The notes under the pieces: model-generated
Seen by the model: the letters and a program-made list of their open reading frames with translations, nothing else
What the model was told of the DNA's origin: nothing
The model's database searches: none
NCBI RefSeq assembly: GCF_030144855.1
Contig: NC_082717.1
Span: 34,844,001 to 34,908,000, forward strand
Direction of reading: 5' to 3'
Origin: Hypanus sabinus
Lineage: Eukaryota
DNA length: 64,000 nt
In this document: positions 44,415 to 58,458 of the stretch, in pieces
Layout of the letters: each line of letters begins with the position of its first letter
Position numbering within the stretch: the first letter of the stretch is position 1
Position numbers and translations under genes: made by a program

Positions 44415-45725
44415 TGGATCAATGTTTTGGGTATAAGACCCTTCATCAGCACTGGGAAGAAACATAGAACAGAACATAGAATAGCACAGAACAAAGGCCA
44501 TTCGGCCCACAATATTGTGTGGATCCAGCTAAAAAGCAAATCAAAAACACCCAAACACTAATCCCTCCTACCAACACCATGTTCATTCCCAATTCCTGAT
44601 GAAGAGGCCCGGCCCGAAACGTTGGCTACTCTTTTCTCACGGATGCTGCCTGACCTGCTGAGTTCTTCCAGCATTGTGTACATATACAATGTTCATATCC
44701 TTCCATCTTCCTTATATCCATGTGCTGATCCAAATGTCTCTTAAAAGCCTGTAATGCGTCTGCCTCTACCACCAGGCAGCACATTCCAGTCATCCACAAC
44801 TCTGAGTAAAAACTTACCCCTCAGATCCACCTTGAGCCTATCCCGTTTCCCCTTCAATGCATTCCCTCTGGCATTAGATACTTCAACCCTGGGACACAGA
44901 TACTCTATGTCCACTCTACCTATGCCTCTCATAATCTTTTAAGCCTCTATCAGATGCCCCTCAGCCTCTGGCACTCCAAAGAAATCGACCCAAGTTTATT
45001 CAGCCTCTTGTGACAGCACATACCCTCTAAACCAGGCAGCATCCGAGTAAACCTGTTCTGCACCCTCTTCAAAGCCTCAACATCCTTCCTAGTGTGGGTG
45101 GTGATGGGGGCTGTGGGATGGGGTGGGAGGTGTAGGTGGTGATGAGGGGTGTGGGTGGGTGGGGATGGGAGGTGTGGGTGGGGATCGACAAAGTGATCCT
45201 TCAAGTCTCATGAGGTCTCATTGATGTAGAGAAGGCTGCGCAATAAACGACACTACAGGATTCACATGTAAAGACGTCCTCACCTGGAAGGACTGATTAG
45301 TGTCCTGAATGGTGGTGAGAGAGTAGGGACAAGTGTAACACCTAGCATGTTTACAGGGAAAGCATCTAGAGAGGGAATAAGGCACACGAGTGAATCTGCA
45401 GATGCTGGAAATAAATAAAATCACAAAATGCTGGCAGAACTCAGCAGGCCAGACAGCATCTATGGGAGGAGGTAATGAAATAAGTTGGGAAGGAGGGAAA
45501 TGAGCAACAAGGGAGAAGCAGAGAGAGTAATCCCTGTGGAAAGCTGGGAGGGTAAGGGAAGATAGATCCTGTTGGAGATGTTACAAGTTGTGCAGAACGT
45601 CATGTTGGAGCCAGAGGCTTATGGGAAGATTGGTAAGGACAAGGGAATCCCTATCCCTGTTAAGTCGTGGGGGGGGGGGGGGGGGGGGGAAGGATTAGGG
45701 CAGACATTGGGAAATGGATGGAATG
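44415..45725 (-). mobile_element. Nested cluster: antisense PLE fragments, antisense CR1 3' fragment (~44460-45090), two short PLE-tail insertions
   Basis: CR1 peptides RVQNRFTRMLPGLEG; PLE FQVRT..TC; hammerhead tails at ~44420-44450 (-) and 44594-44625 (+). Confidence 0.65.
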
Positions 45726-45931
45726 TGGTTGAGCAACTGAGCAAGTTTTTGCTTCACTTTAGCATATGCTGGGTCAATGGACTTGCAGCCTGCAGCATCC
45801 AGAGGAATAACAAGGGGCAGTGAACATGTTCAATAATCAATAATACATCGATAATATATTGATAAGGATACACAATAGACTGCTGAGTTTATTCAGTGAA
45901 ACATTAATATTTCGGGAAACTTTGTTCCTAC

Positions 45932-46013
45932 CTTGTAGCTTTGTCTGAAGGATCTGGATGTGTTCCATTTGTTGCTGGTTGGCAAATTTAACATTTTGAT
46001 TTTCAGTTTCAAG
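45932..46013 (-). CDS. PLEKHH2: PLEKHH2 exon (LETENQNVKFANQQQMEHIQILQTKLQ)
   Basis: 82 bp, ttgcag|CTT...AAG|gtagga, phase 0-1. Confidence 0.9.
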
Positions 46014-46537
46014 CTGCAAACAAGCAGAGAATATTAATGAGGCACAAAGTCCTGTATCACTCCACATTAAAACACATCTAATTAGGTCAATAATGTTTAT
46101 TTTATTGAAAATGCTCATAAAAATATATTGTGTAATATTTATGATTTTATTCTTCCAAGCTACATTGTAAACAGCATGGCCTTGAGGTGAAAAATTAGAG
46201 GACATGAACTCTATAGTGCTTTTACGTGAGCTGATTAGCAGAAACCTCTTCAGCCCCTCGGTGACTGTGAATGATCATGTGGCATAAAGTTTTTTAAATC
46301 ATGACCAGCCTTTATCCCTCAATAGACGTTATTAAGTCCGATAATCTGGTCTTGATCATATGACTGTGGGAACTTAGTGTTTGCAATGTGTAGTTTCTGT
46401 CTTTTCAAAAGTGAGTAAGGCTTATAAGTAATTCATTCTGGCACAAATACAAATCATCTTTTAAATGTATTTTCAGAAACCTAATAATTGAAAAAACTAC
46501 AAATGCTCCACACCACTTAGAAATTCTAACACAGTTA

Positions 46538-46711
<174 letters not shown>

Positions 46712-47257
46712 CTAAAATACAAAAAAAAGTTATATAACAATTTAAATTTTGTACTGCAACAGAACTGTAAATGAGGACAGTTGAACATTTGTGAAAGATA
46801 CTTGAATCATTAGTTCATGGCCTTTTCATTTATAGTATAACTTTGTTAGAACATTCTCCATTATTCTGTTCAAAATTCTGTCAAGACTACTGGTAATAAA
46901 TATGTATATACCGTATTTCAAATCCAACCAGGTTCAATCATAGTTCAGAGTTCCTTTCTGCTTTCTGTACGTGATTTGTTTTGTAAGCTTGTCTGATCTC
47001 ATTTAATCTCCATTTCTTTCTGTCTTTAAAGCAGAATTGAGGTTCCTCTAAAAGCTCTTAGTGAAGTGAATGGGCACTAAGATCTGGGATCAGGTTAGAT
47101 GTACTGAACGAACAGGAATTACACAAAGTAATTTAAGTAAAGCTTCTGTCTTTGTCAGGAGAAACTTAAAATGATAATCAATCAGGAACTAATTAATGCT
47201 CATTATCCCTACTTTGTAATGTAATATGTGTTCATTCCACTGAGGGGCAGCAACTTT

Positions 47258-48030
47258 ACACTCAGTGGCCACAGGTACCTCCTGGTCACTGAGTGTTTGT
47301 TTGTGATCTGCTGCTGCTGTAGCTCATCTACCTCCAGGATGATCTCCTTCTGAGATGCTCTTCAGCCCACTACTGTTGTAAGGTGTGGTTCTTTGAGTTT
47401 ACTGTTGCCTTCCTGTCATCTGAACCAGTCTAGCCATTCTCCTCTGACCTCAATACAAGGTGTTTTTGCCCAAAGAACTGCTGCTCTTTGTTTGTTTGTT
47501 TGTGATCTGCTGCTGCTGTATTTCCTTGTTTCTCACACCAGAGACTGAACCCTAGAGACTGCTATGCATGAAAATCCCAGGAGATAAGCAGTTTCTGAGT
47601 TACTCTGACCACTTGTCTGCCACCAACAATCATCCCACATCAAAGTCACTTAGATCACATTTCTTCCCCTTTCTAATGTTTGGCCTAAACAACAACCGGA
47701 ACTCTTGACCATGTCTGCAAGCTTTTTGCACTGAGTTGCTGCTACATGATTGGCTGACTAGATATTTGCAATAATGAGCAGGTACACAGTTGTTTGTGTC
47801 CTTGAGCAAGGCACTTAACAACACATTGCTCTGCGACGTCACCGGTGCCAAGCTGCTTGGGTCCTAGTGCCCTTCCCTTGGACAACATCAGTGGCGTGGA
47901 GAGGGGAAGGCCTGCATCCCATACAACCCTGCCCGGGCCTGCGCCCTGGAAACTCCAGGCGCAGATCCTTGGTCTCTCGAAACCGACGGATGCCACCACC
48001 ACACAGTTGCATCTAATAAAGTGACATTAA
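47258..48030. mobile_element. Tc1-like non-autonomous remnant with nested SINE
   Basis: TACACTCAGTGGCCAC ... CTAATAAAGTG ends; GKKCDLSDF remnant. Confidence 0.65.
47793..48000 (+). mobile_element. 5'-truncated CORE-like SINE
   Basis: GTGTCCTTGAGCAAGGCACTTAAC resembles the CORE motif; (ACC)n tail; 9-bp TSD ACACAGTTG at 47784-47792 and 48001-48009. Confidence 0.65.
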
Positions 48031-48239
48031 TAAAAGCATTATATGTCTATAATGCTTTTCATAATTTCATAATCTATCAACTTTGGATCCAGTCTGAAAC
48101 ATAAGAACTGCTCAATTGAACAAGCTAACCAATAGTTCTGATGCAATATCGGGACCTGAAATGTACACAATTCCTTGCAGCTCAATGATGCTTCTCAACC
48201 TGCTAAGTTGCTTTTTGTACCAGTTCCAGATTCCAGATT

Positions 48240-51219
48240 CTAGGGGCGTATAGCCCGATGGGAGTTCGGGGAGCTGGGTTAAGCACAATAGGCAGAGATT
48301 CAAACAGAGAGAGCGGAGAAATGGGCTAAAAATTCTATATCTGAATGCACAAAGTGTCAGTAATAAGGTTGATGAGCTTGAAGCTCAGGTACGAATGGGT
48401 AACTATGATGTTGTTGGGATAACGGAGACATGGCTGCAGGGGGATCAGACCTGGGAAATGAATGTACAAGCGTATACGTGCTATCGTAGGGACAGAAATG
48501 TGGGCAGAGCGGGTCGGGTGGCCCTGTTGGTGAGGAATGAGATTCAGTCCTTTGCAAGGGGGGACATAGGATCAGGAGAAGTGGAGTTTGTGTGGATAGA
48601 ATTGAGGAACAGTAAGGGCAAAAGGACCCTAATGGGTGTTGTCTATAGGCCACCAAACAGTAGCATGGATATTGGGTGCAAGTTGAATAGGGAGTTAACA
48701 TTGGCAAAGGCAATGTCGCAGTAGTTATGGGGGATTTCAACATGCAGGTGAACTGGGAGAATCAGGTTGGTGCTGGACCCCAGGATAGGGAGTTTGTAGA
48801 GTGCCTAAGGGATGCATTCTTGGAACAGCTTGTACGAGAGCTGACCAGGGACAAGGCTATTCTGGATTTAGTGCTATGTAATGAACAGGATTTGATAAGT
48901 GATCTTGAAGTAAAGGAGCCATTAGGGGGTAGTGATCATAATATGATGTTTTTATCTGCAATTTGAGAAGGATAAGGGCAGATCGGAGGTGTCAGTGTTG
49001 CAGTTGAACAAAGGAGACTATGGAGCCATGAGGGAGGAGCTGGCCAAAGTTAAATGGACGGATATCCTAGCAGAAAAGACAATGGAACAGCAATGGCAGG
49101 TATTCTTGGGAATAACGCACAAGGTGCAAAATCAGTTCATCCCCCAGAGAAGGAAAGATTCAAAGGGAGGAAAGGGGCCACAGTGGATGACAAAGGAAGT
49201 CAGAGATTGCATAGCATTAAAAAAAAGTAAGTATGACAGAGCTAAGGTGAGTGGAAAGACAGATGATTGGGAAATTTTTAAGGAACAACAGAACTTAACT
49301 AAAAAGGCAATACGGGGAGAAAAAATGAGGTACGAACGCAAGCTAGCCAGGAATATAAAGGAGGATAGCAAAAGCTTTTTTAGGTATGTATGCGAAGAGA
49401 AAGAAGATAGTTAAGAACAATGTTGGGGCCTTGAAGAATGAATTGGGTGAAATTGTTATGGGAAACAGAGAAATGGCAGAAGAATTAATAAGTACTTTAG
49501 ATCTGTCTTCACTAAGGAAGACACAAGCAATCTCCCAGATGTATGGATGGGCCAAGGCCATAGGGTAACAGAGGAAATGAAACAGATTGACATTAGGAAG
49601 GAAACGGTGATGAGTAGACTGATGGGACTGAAGGCTGACAAATCCCCAGGTCCAGATGGTCTGCATTCTAGGGTACTAAAGGAGGTGGCCCTGGAAATTG
49701 TGGAAGCATTGGTAATCATTTTCCAATGTTCCTTAGATTCAGGATCAGTTCTTGAGGATTGGAGAATGGCTAATGTTATCCCACTTTTTAAGAAAGGAGG
49801 GAGGGAGAAAACAGAGAACTATCGCCCTGTCAGCCTAACATCAGTAGTGGGGAAGATGTTAGAGTCCATTATTAAAGATGAAATAGTGGCATATCTAGAT
49901 AGCAGTGATAGGATTGGGCCGAGCCAGCATGGATTTACCAAGGGTAAATCATGCTTGACTGATCTATTGGAGTTTTTCAAGGATGTAACCAGGAAGTTAG
50001 ACAAGGGAGATCCAGTGGATGTAGTGTACTTCCATTTTCAGAAGGCATTTGATAAGGTCCCACATAGGAGATTGGTGGGTAAAATCAAAGCTCATAGCAT
50101 TGGGGGGAAGACATTGACATGGATAGAAAACTGGTGGGCAGATAGAAAGCAAAGGGTAGCAGTGAATGGGTGTTTCTTGGAATGGCAGGTGGTGACTAGT
50201 GGGGTGCCACAGGACTCAGTATTGGGACCACAGCTGTTTACAATTTACATCAACAATTTAGATGAAGGCATTGAGAATAACATCAGCAAGTTTGCTGATG
50301 ATACTAAGGTGGGTGGCAGTGTGACATGTGATGAGGATGTTAGGAGAATTCAGGGTGACTTGGATAGGCTGGGTGAGTGGTCAGATACTTGGCAGATGAC
50401 GTTTAATGTGAATAAGTGTGAGGTTATCCACTTTGGGAGTAAGAACAGGAAGGCAGATTATTATCTGAACGGTGTAAAGTTAGGTAAGGGAGAAATACGA
50501 AGAGATCTAGGAGTCCTTGTTCATCAGTCACTGAAGGTGAATGAGCAAGTGCGGCAGGCAGTGAAGAAGGCTAATGAAATGTTGGCCTTTATTACAAAGG
50601 GAATTGAGTACAAGAGCAAGGAAATCCTCTTGCATTTGTACAGGGCCCTGGTGAGACCACACCTGGAGTATTGTGTACAGTTTTGGTCTCTAGGGTTAAG
50701 GAAGGACATCCTGGCTGTAGAAGAAGTGCAGCGTAGATTCACAAGGTTAATTCCTGGGATGTCAGGACTGTCTTACGCAGAGAGGTTAGAGAGACTGGGC
50801 TTGTACATGCTGGAATTAAGGAGATTGAGAGGGGATCTGATTGCAACATATAAGATTATTAAGGGATTGGACAAGATAGACGCAGGAAATATGTTCCAGA
50901 TGCTGGAAGAGTCCAGTACCAGAGGGCATGGTTTGAGAATAAGGGGTAGGTCATTTAGGACAGAGTTAAGGAAAAACTTCTTCTCCCAGAGAGTTGTGGG
51001 GGTCTGGAATGCACTGCCTTGGAAGGCAGTGGAGGCCAATTCTCTGGATGCTTTCAAGAAGGAGCTAGATAGGTATCTTATGGATAGGGGAATCAAGGGA
51101 TATGGGGACAAGGCAGGAACCGGGTATTGATAGTAGATGATCAGCCATGATCTCAGAATGGCGGTGCAGGCTCAAAGGGCCGAACAGTCTACTTCTGCAC
51201 CTATTGTCTATTGTCTATT
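48240..51219 (+). mobile_element. Young 5'-truncated CR1 LINE with near-complete ORF2 (APE-RT), few frameshifts
   Basis: ILYLNAQS, GITETWL, MGDFN, GGSDHN (APE); 3' UTR ending in (CTATTGT)n. Confidence 0.95.
49547..51130 (+). pseudogene. CR1 ORF2 RT + C-terminal domain, 527 codons open
   Basis: KSPGPDG, NYRPVSLTS, QHGF, KAFDKVPH, SGVPQDS, FADD; substitutions at conserved sites (YFHF, PQDS) suggest it is inactive. Confidence 0.9.
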
Positions 51220-51591
51220 TTCAGTTTCTCCTCTTCAGGCGACCCAACAGTAACTGGTGAGCCCATCAAAACTCAGCACCTATGTAATAGGAGCAGCATT
51301 TATATAAAAATAAAGCTGAGTGAGGACGGTTTTAACTTTTGACATTTTCAATACCAGTAATCAGTTCAATCTCTCTCCCAGCCTTTTCTTTTGTCAATTA
51401 AATAAAATAAAACCTGAAGGGCTACAATTTAATTAAAGGATTTTCCAGGTTCTGTCTACCAGCAAAACTTTACTTCCATCTACTGTGGTCAACGCGTTTC
51501 TGGCTGAACACATGTCCATCGAGTCTGTCCACTAATTGGCTGATCAATCCAGTTTTCCCTTGAAAAATAATTACTGGATTTAACCTCCAAG

Positions 51592-51970
51592 AGGACCACA
51601 ACTTTGTCATGGTTTGGAGGCCTGCGTGCCTCAATGACCCAGAGAGCTATGCTGGCTGGACTTTGCTTTGGCTCCTGGTAGAATCACCCATGCCAAACAG
51701 ATCAAAGGGTAGAGACCAGATTAGGAATTGTCCACCGGTTCAGCTCAGGGTTAATAACTGTAAGCAAAACTGTGATGGAGAAAGCAAGGAAGAATCCTTC
51801 TATATCTGTGTATGACAGTACTCCTGCGTCTCCACCTGAGACTTGCATAGCCCACAGCAGTGAAGACTGAGAAGAAGCTGCCAGCATGAAGAAGGAAACT
51901 TTGAACACTGGACAGAGATGAAGGACCTTCACTGCTACCTTAAATGCCAGCAGGCGTAATGGGCAGTACT
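51592..51970 (+). mobile_element. Short RTE-related non-autonomous repeat
   Basis: 5' part TGACCCAGAGAGCTATGCTG resembles RTE/Expander 5' UTRs; 3' CCTTAAATGCCAGC..GGCGTAATGGGCAGTA tail (recognised from memory). Confidence 0.4.
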
Positions 51971-54548
51971 TAAGCAAGCTGAATTTAAAGATCTTTGAGC
52001 ACACAATCTCATGGTTTTGAAGAATATGATTGTTAGTTCGACTGTTCATTGCTTTTCCTGCTGCACAGAAAGGTTTAGTAAAAGCAGTGGGGATTATGGA
52101 ATACAGAAGGAACTGAGCAGGTTAAAGTGTTACAGTGAACTTTCCAGAATTACACAGAACATTTTTACATTTGATTTAATGTCTTCAAATCTGTAATGTT
52201 CAGCATCACTGAACACATTACCTAAGGATAATGGAAAAATTTCAAAAATGTCCCCTGATTTGAACTTATGTATAAATTCAAATTAACTTCATGTTGTAAC
52301 ATAAAAAGTATCGGGTATGTCACTCAACATCACCCTCTACTGGCCAGGCCAGAATCTGTAACTCACTTTTCTACTAGTTTTTGAATGTTATAAGTTTAAG
52401 TGAATCTTACCCCAATGATGGATAAAAATACATTAAAATCACTTTTTTCCAATTTGCATAGTTGACTCTATTTTAAAAAACAATCACTGATTGCATATTA
52501 AGGCCAGCAGCTGTTGTCCATTCTTAGTTGTCCTTGAGAATGTTGTAAAGCTCTCTCCACAATTCTCCAAGTCTGGTGACACTGAAGAATTACATGAAGC
52601 TTGGAATGGGTCTTACAGTGGTACCATTCTATGCATCAGTTAGTATTGTTCTTCTTCACAACAGAGGCTACATGAGTTACGATGCATGCAATGCATCTTG
52701 TCTAAGTTATAATCTGCCATTATGGAGCACCAGTGTTGAGGAATTGAATGTTTAACATGGTGAATGGGATGGAAGGCCCAAAAGTATTTCCTGTATTCTG
52801 CAGAATGCCAAGCTTCTTGGCTGGGGTTGGAGTTGCACTCTGCCAGATAAGAAGAGAGTATTGCATCACACTATCCGCCTATATCAACATATACCGGTGA
52901 TATTAAATTTAATTCTGACTCTGTTTCTGATGTCCTGGAGACAGCGGAGTTACTTTGGACAATCAGGAGGCATGGAGAGTCATCCTTTGGTGTACCTGCA
53001 TCCTTCGTTGTAGCAGCAGTTTTAATACTTCATCTTCTGAGGAACTGCAACTGCAACTAAGCAAGTGGTTTCTTTCTGACTTAATAAAGGAATAATGTCC
53101 TTTGATGCCCATTAATGAAGAAGTTGAAGGTAGCTAGTTATAGAACACTATCCTGAAGAAGTCCCACAGTAATACCTTATGGGCGTGATGACCGACGTTC
53201 AATATACACAAGCACCTTCCTTCTGCAAGACATAAATCCAGCTAACAAAGATTTTCAGTGGCTCAAATATTACTAGAGATCCTTGTTGCCATACTTGGTT
53301 AAATATTGTCTTGAAGTCTCAGGACTTTAGTTCTTTGGAACTGGCTTATTATGGCCAAACACCCCTGAGAACAGTGATTCTCAGACTGCAGCTCTTGAGT
53401 CACACATGGCTCAATGACATGTAACTTGTGACTCAAGATCTTTATTTTCTATATTAGAATATGAAATCAGAATTATGAAACTAGAATATAGTTATTAACA
53501 TATGTAATATGTAATATAATACCAGGATAAAAACCAGTATGGAGAAGAAAGTCAGGTTCAAAGGGTACATAGTTAGTGTCAGAACCATTGATACAAACAT
53601 TAAAATAAAATCAACCTTCAAACTTTTGCCACATAATGCATTGAGAAGGTCCTCCTCAACAAACATCTTCCAGTGACCAAAAAGCTAGTCCCTGAATTGT
53701 ATTGGATGCAGTCCATCTACAGCCACAGCCACCATCAGCATCGAACACAGTCAGGCAGGTTCCAATGTCTGCATGCCTGATGGAAGACTCTTTAAACATG
53801 TGTTTCTGAATGCCATGGAAAGAGGTTACCAGCTGAATAAAGGAAAAGATTTAAGGTTATGTTCAAAGCCTCCACAGACCACTGGGCATCAATGGGCCAG
53901 AACACCACAAGATGGATAGGGAGCATTTGGGATGATATTGAGAAGCTCCAGGCTACGAGTTAGGAGCAGAGGAGGGATGCCATATAAACAGCAAAGGAAT
54001 ACTCAACCCGCAATCACCCAACCAGCCTCTCCATTCAGGCACTGCTGGCTCCTTCTGTGGAAGAGTGTGCATTCTCACATCAGTCTTATGAGTCACCTTG
54101 AAGCCGACAGAACACGGGTGGAAACAAGTCATCCTCAATCCCATGGTACTGACTAAGAAAAGCAATTTGAATCTCTTCCAACAAATTATTTAAAATGAGC
54201 CAAATGACATTCCTCTTTGGTAATTATCTTGGGACTTACTGACTGACAATTTGATAGATCAGAAAATCTGCATATTCCGCAGCTGCTGGAGATCAGAGAT
54301 TCTATTAGGCATTTGATTTCAGTTATGTTAGTTATTTTTTTGGAGTCTATCACCATTTTCTTTAAATCAATAGAGCATAAATTGAGTTGTGATGTCCATA
54401 GAGGGAACAGGGGCATGAGAAAGAATTCATGACAAGAAGCCCACTACTATGGAAGCAAAACTAATTTAACTATAAAAACTTAAGATCTCATGTTTAATTG
54501 ACATCCATGTCTGTGTTACCAAGGAATGAATTTCTGAAGAGGAGCTCA

Positions 54549-54701
<153 letters not shown>

Positions 54702-55649
54702 CTATAAGCACAAGCCAATTGTTCAAAAAAGATTTAATAATCATTTTCTTTCCAGAAAAAGTAAATAGCAGCAACAAATAATTGTTAGAATGCAAATCAA
54801 GGAGGCATGACTATTCCATTAAACTCTGGGTAAAATTATGTGATTTCTTTGTGAGAGATTTCAAACTCCAGCAATTCTACAATTCCACAGTCATTTGTTC
54901 ACAGACATATTTTAAACACACTGCAACTTCCTAGTACTAAGATGAAGACCAGACAGATTTTCCTGAATTAAATCATTGTGTTCTGGTAATTAGAAGCAAT
55001 TCAACTACTTGAAAGCAATTTCCTTTTGAGGTGGGAATGTTTGCAGAATGATTGCTTCTAACTCTGCTGCTAATACTGTGACTTAGTTGTGTCTCATGCA
55101 TTCCTGGTAAGATGTAAATGTATCCAGAGAAATGCTAAATTTCTAGCAGACACATTTTAAATCATTGTAAGAGACCACAAATATTCTTGTAAATGTACAA
55201 TCATAGACACATGTAAATGCCACACTGAGGTCTATTTTTTTTTTAGTTCCCAGTGTGCAGATTTCAGATATTTAATCCTGGTCACCAGATTGATGAATCA
55301 CAATGTCAAATACGAGGTCCGGTCTTTTAAATTAAATATGAACACCAATGCATGCACTTAGTTATTATTTAAGATGGCACCAGTGTCTGGCGACTCTGCG
55401 GGTGCTCTCCTGAGCAAACTGCCTTCTACACTATCCTATACCCGAGAAACCCTTCTAATTTGGTTTCTTGACAGTTTTACAATAGGCAGTCTGCAACCCC
55501 TGGCCTTAACTGATTGGATCAAGGAATCCTAAAAATGCAGCAAAATTTCACCTTATTTCAGAAAGCAAATGAAAGCTTCTTTTTCGTACTATGCGCAACA
55601 AAAACTCTTCATAATTTTAATCTATTAACAATGAAGTCAAAAAGAACCA

Positions 55650-56965
55650 AGCTGAAAGAAAAAGAGAACACACAAGAGAGAAATAAGGGCTAAATGAAGC
55701 CAAGAGATTGCTCTGGCAGACAACATGAAGGAGAACTGCAAGGTATTCTACAGATAGAGCTTTAGAGCAAAAGGATAACAAGGGAGAAAATTGGGCTACT
55801 TGAAGATCAGCATAGAGCTGAAGGAGATGGGGGAGATCTTAAGCTGATCTTCTGCATTTGCATTTACTCAGGAGATGAATAGAGTCTATTCAGGCAAAAT
55901 GGTAGAGGTGTCATGGTTTCTATCAGTTTCAGAAGAGGAGATGTGTTTGCTGTCTTGAGGAAAATTAGGGCAGATAAGTCCCTAGGGCTTGACAAGGGAC
56001 TTGTCCCCTCAGACCTAGTGAAGAAATTGCAGGGACCCTGGCAGAAGTATTTATAACATCCTTAGCCACAGATGAGGTGCCAAAGGACTGGAGGATAGCT
56101 AATGTTTTGTTGTATATGAAAAGCTCTAAGGATCAGCCGGGACGTTATAGACCAGTGACCCTAACATTGGTAAAGGGTAAATTATTGGAAAGTAATCTAA
56201 TGGACAGGATTTATAAGTATTTGTATAGGCAGTGCCTGGTTGGGGATAATCATCATGGCATTATTCTTGGTAGGTCATGTCTAACCAATCTTATAGTGTT
56301 TTAGAACGAGGTTATCAGAAAAGTTGATGAAGGAAAGGCAATAGACATAGACTACATGGACTTTAGCAAGGCCTTTGCCAAGGTCCCACATGGAAGGCTG
56401 GTCCAGAAGGGTCAGTAGCTTGGCATTCAGCATGAAGTAATAAATATTTTCAGTACAGTATTGGCTCAGAGTTGAGGAGTATTACCAGGAAAGGCTTGTA
56501 ATATGGACGGTTCAATTTAGCCAACAAAAAGCATCACTGAGGCCCATGCGGGCTACCCCTTGAGTCTGGAGAAAGTGGGAGGAGCCGAAGGAAAAATTGT
56601 TGAGTTTTGCCAGAAGGAGAAGGGTGGTGTTGGAGGGGAAATGGTTGGTTATTTTATTATAACTTTTATTATGGTAGAACAAAGGGATACAGGGATAAAT
56701 ATCCATAATTCCTTGAAATGTGTGTCACATTTCCCAGATGGGGAGGTTCCTCACTCAGAGGGAACGAGCTACCAGTAGGAGTGGTGGAAGTGGATTCGAA
56801 TGCAACATATGAGAGAAGTTTGGATAAGTACATGGATAGGAGGGCTTTGGATGACTACAGTCCAGATGTGGGCCAATGGGACTAAGCAGAATAATAGTTT
56901 GGCATGGATTCGATGAGCCATAGGGCCTGTTTCAGTGCTGTAGTGTTCTGTGACTTTATGACATG
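55650..56965 (+). mobile_element. Degenerate CR1 LINE (RT and 3' end)
   Basis: PKDWRIANV...YRPVTLT..GKLLE...GRSCLTNLI; YMDFSKAF.KVPH. Confidence 0.78.
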
Positions 56966-57773
56966 ACAACGAACAGGAAGAAAGCTAATATCATAACTTA
57001 AATTACAAAATTTGAAAACAAGCTATAACTGTTTATTGGTTCTCAGAAATGTGGAAACAATTCCTGTATTTTAACAATGAGCTAAAATTAAACTGCTGGT
57101 CAAAGCTGCAAAATATCTCTTGTACAATCATTACCTGTAAATCACAGCATCACAACAAAGTATTTGCAGCTGTGATAGAACAAACAGAATGGGAATTTTG
57201 AAACAGATTTTTTGAACACAAGTTTTTTCGAACATTGGGCTCACTTCTAGGGAAGGTGGATTCTGTACAGTAGGAACAGTTTGCACCTGAACTAGAGGGG
57301 GACTAATATCCTAGTGGGAAGGTTTGCTGCATACTGGGGTTTAAACTAGAGTTACAGGGGGATGGGAAACAGAGCACCAGAACAGTCTGTGGACAGGTTG
57401 TGGAGAAAGATGTTGGCAGGACCTCAGATAAAGTTAGGAATCAAAAGGTTGAGCAAGGTGCGACTAGAGTCCAGTGCTGCGTATATTTCAACGCAAGTAT
57501 CATAGGAAAGGCGTATGAGCTCAGGGCACAGATCAACACCTGGAATTATGACGTTGTAGCCATTAGAGAAACTTGGTTGTAGCAGAGGCAGGTCTGACAG
57601 CTCAGCATCCTGAGGCTCCATTGTTTTAGAAGTGATAAAGCAGGAGGAATTGAAGGTGGAAGGGTGGCATTACCAGTCAGGGAAAATGTCTGTCAGGGCA
57701 GACTGCAGAACTTGTCTAGTGAGGCATTATGAGTGGAAGTGAGAGCTAAAGGTAGGACCACGTTAATGGGGCT

Positions 57774-58458
57774 TGTGTTGCCTTTATGGCAGTTATTTAG
57801 TTTATAATATTTTCGCTTAGTAATTCGTTTGTTAGCATTCTAGTTAAAATTAGGATTGTTTAACGTAAATTCATTGTCTGCGAGATATTGCGGCATGCGA
57901 TGACGTCACATCCGGTTTTGCCGCGTCCTGTGGGAAAATACCGGTTTGGAGAAATGGGAAGGTGGGGATCGAGACATGTGCGAGCGCAAGCAGCAGCAAT
58001 GTTTTCTCTCTACGCACCAGGAACATTGTGAAGGCAACGCTGTGAGTTATGAGATAATCGATATGTTGAATTAAAATGTTAACACTGATCCTGTTAAAAG
58101 TAACGACGGTCGATAATGTTTATGTTTTCGTTAGTTAAAGAGTTGCGGATAGTTTGCGTTGAAGTGTATTTAAAGCAGTCAATGGCGTAGGTAGAGTCTG
58201 ACTGTATGCTGCACTTAAATGTAATGTAGTTGTTGTAGTTTTACTTTTGCAAGTATTTATGATGTAATTGTAATATCAAGAAGGAAACAAATGCTGTACA
58301 AATCTTGTATTGTTTTATAGTTTATAGTTTTCACCATATATTAATGTGGAAGAGTGAACAGTAAATGGTTAATCTTACTGTGATCCTGTCGTCATTGACA
58401 AAGGTTTATCTCGGTGTTTAGTTCAGCGTTATCTTACACGCCCAGCGAGAACACTACA
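57774..58458 (+). repeat. 5' LTR (685 bp)
   Basis: TGTGTTG...ACACTACA; about 29 substitutions versus the 3' LTR by manual count. Confidence 0.95.

Noticed and set aside
45092-45185. G-rich tract with G-quadruplex potential
   Set aside because: Low-complexity filler at a CR1/PLE junction; no evidence of function.
52480-54155. Old LINE-like remnants
   Set aside because: Look repeat-derived but too decayed to assign family or ends without a library search.
57130-57175. Candidate upstream PLEKHH2 exon (good donor TACAG|gtaatg on minus strand)
   Set aside because: Translation does not resemble the expected coiled-coil peptide; the upstream exons are probably outside the window.
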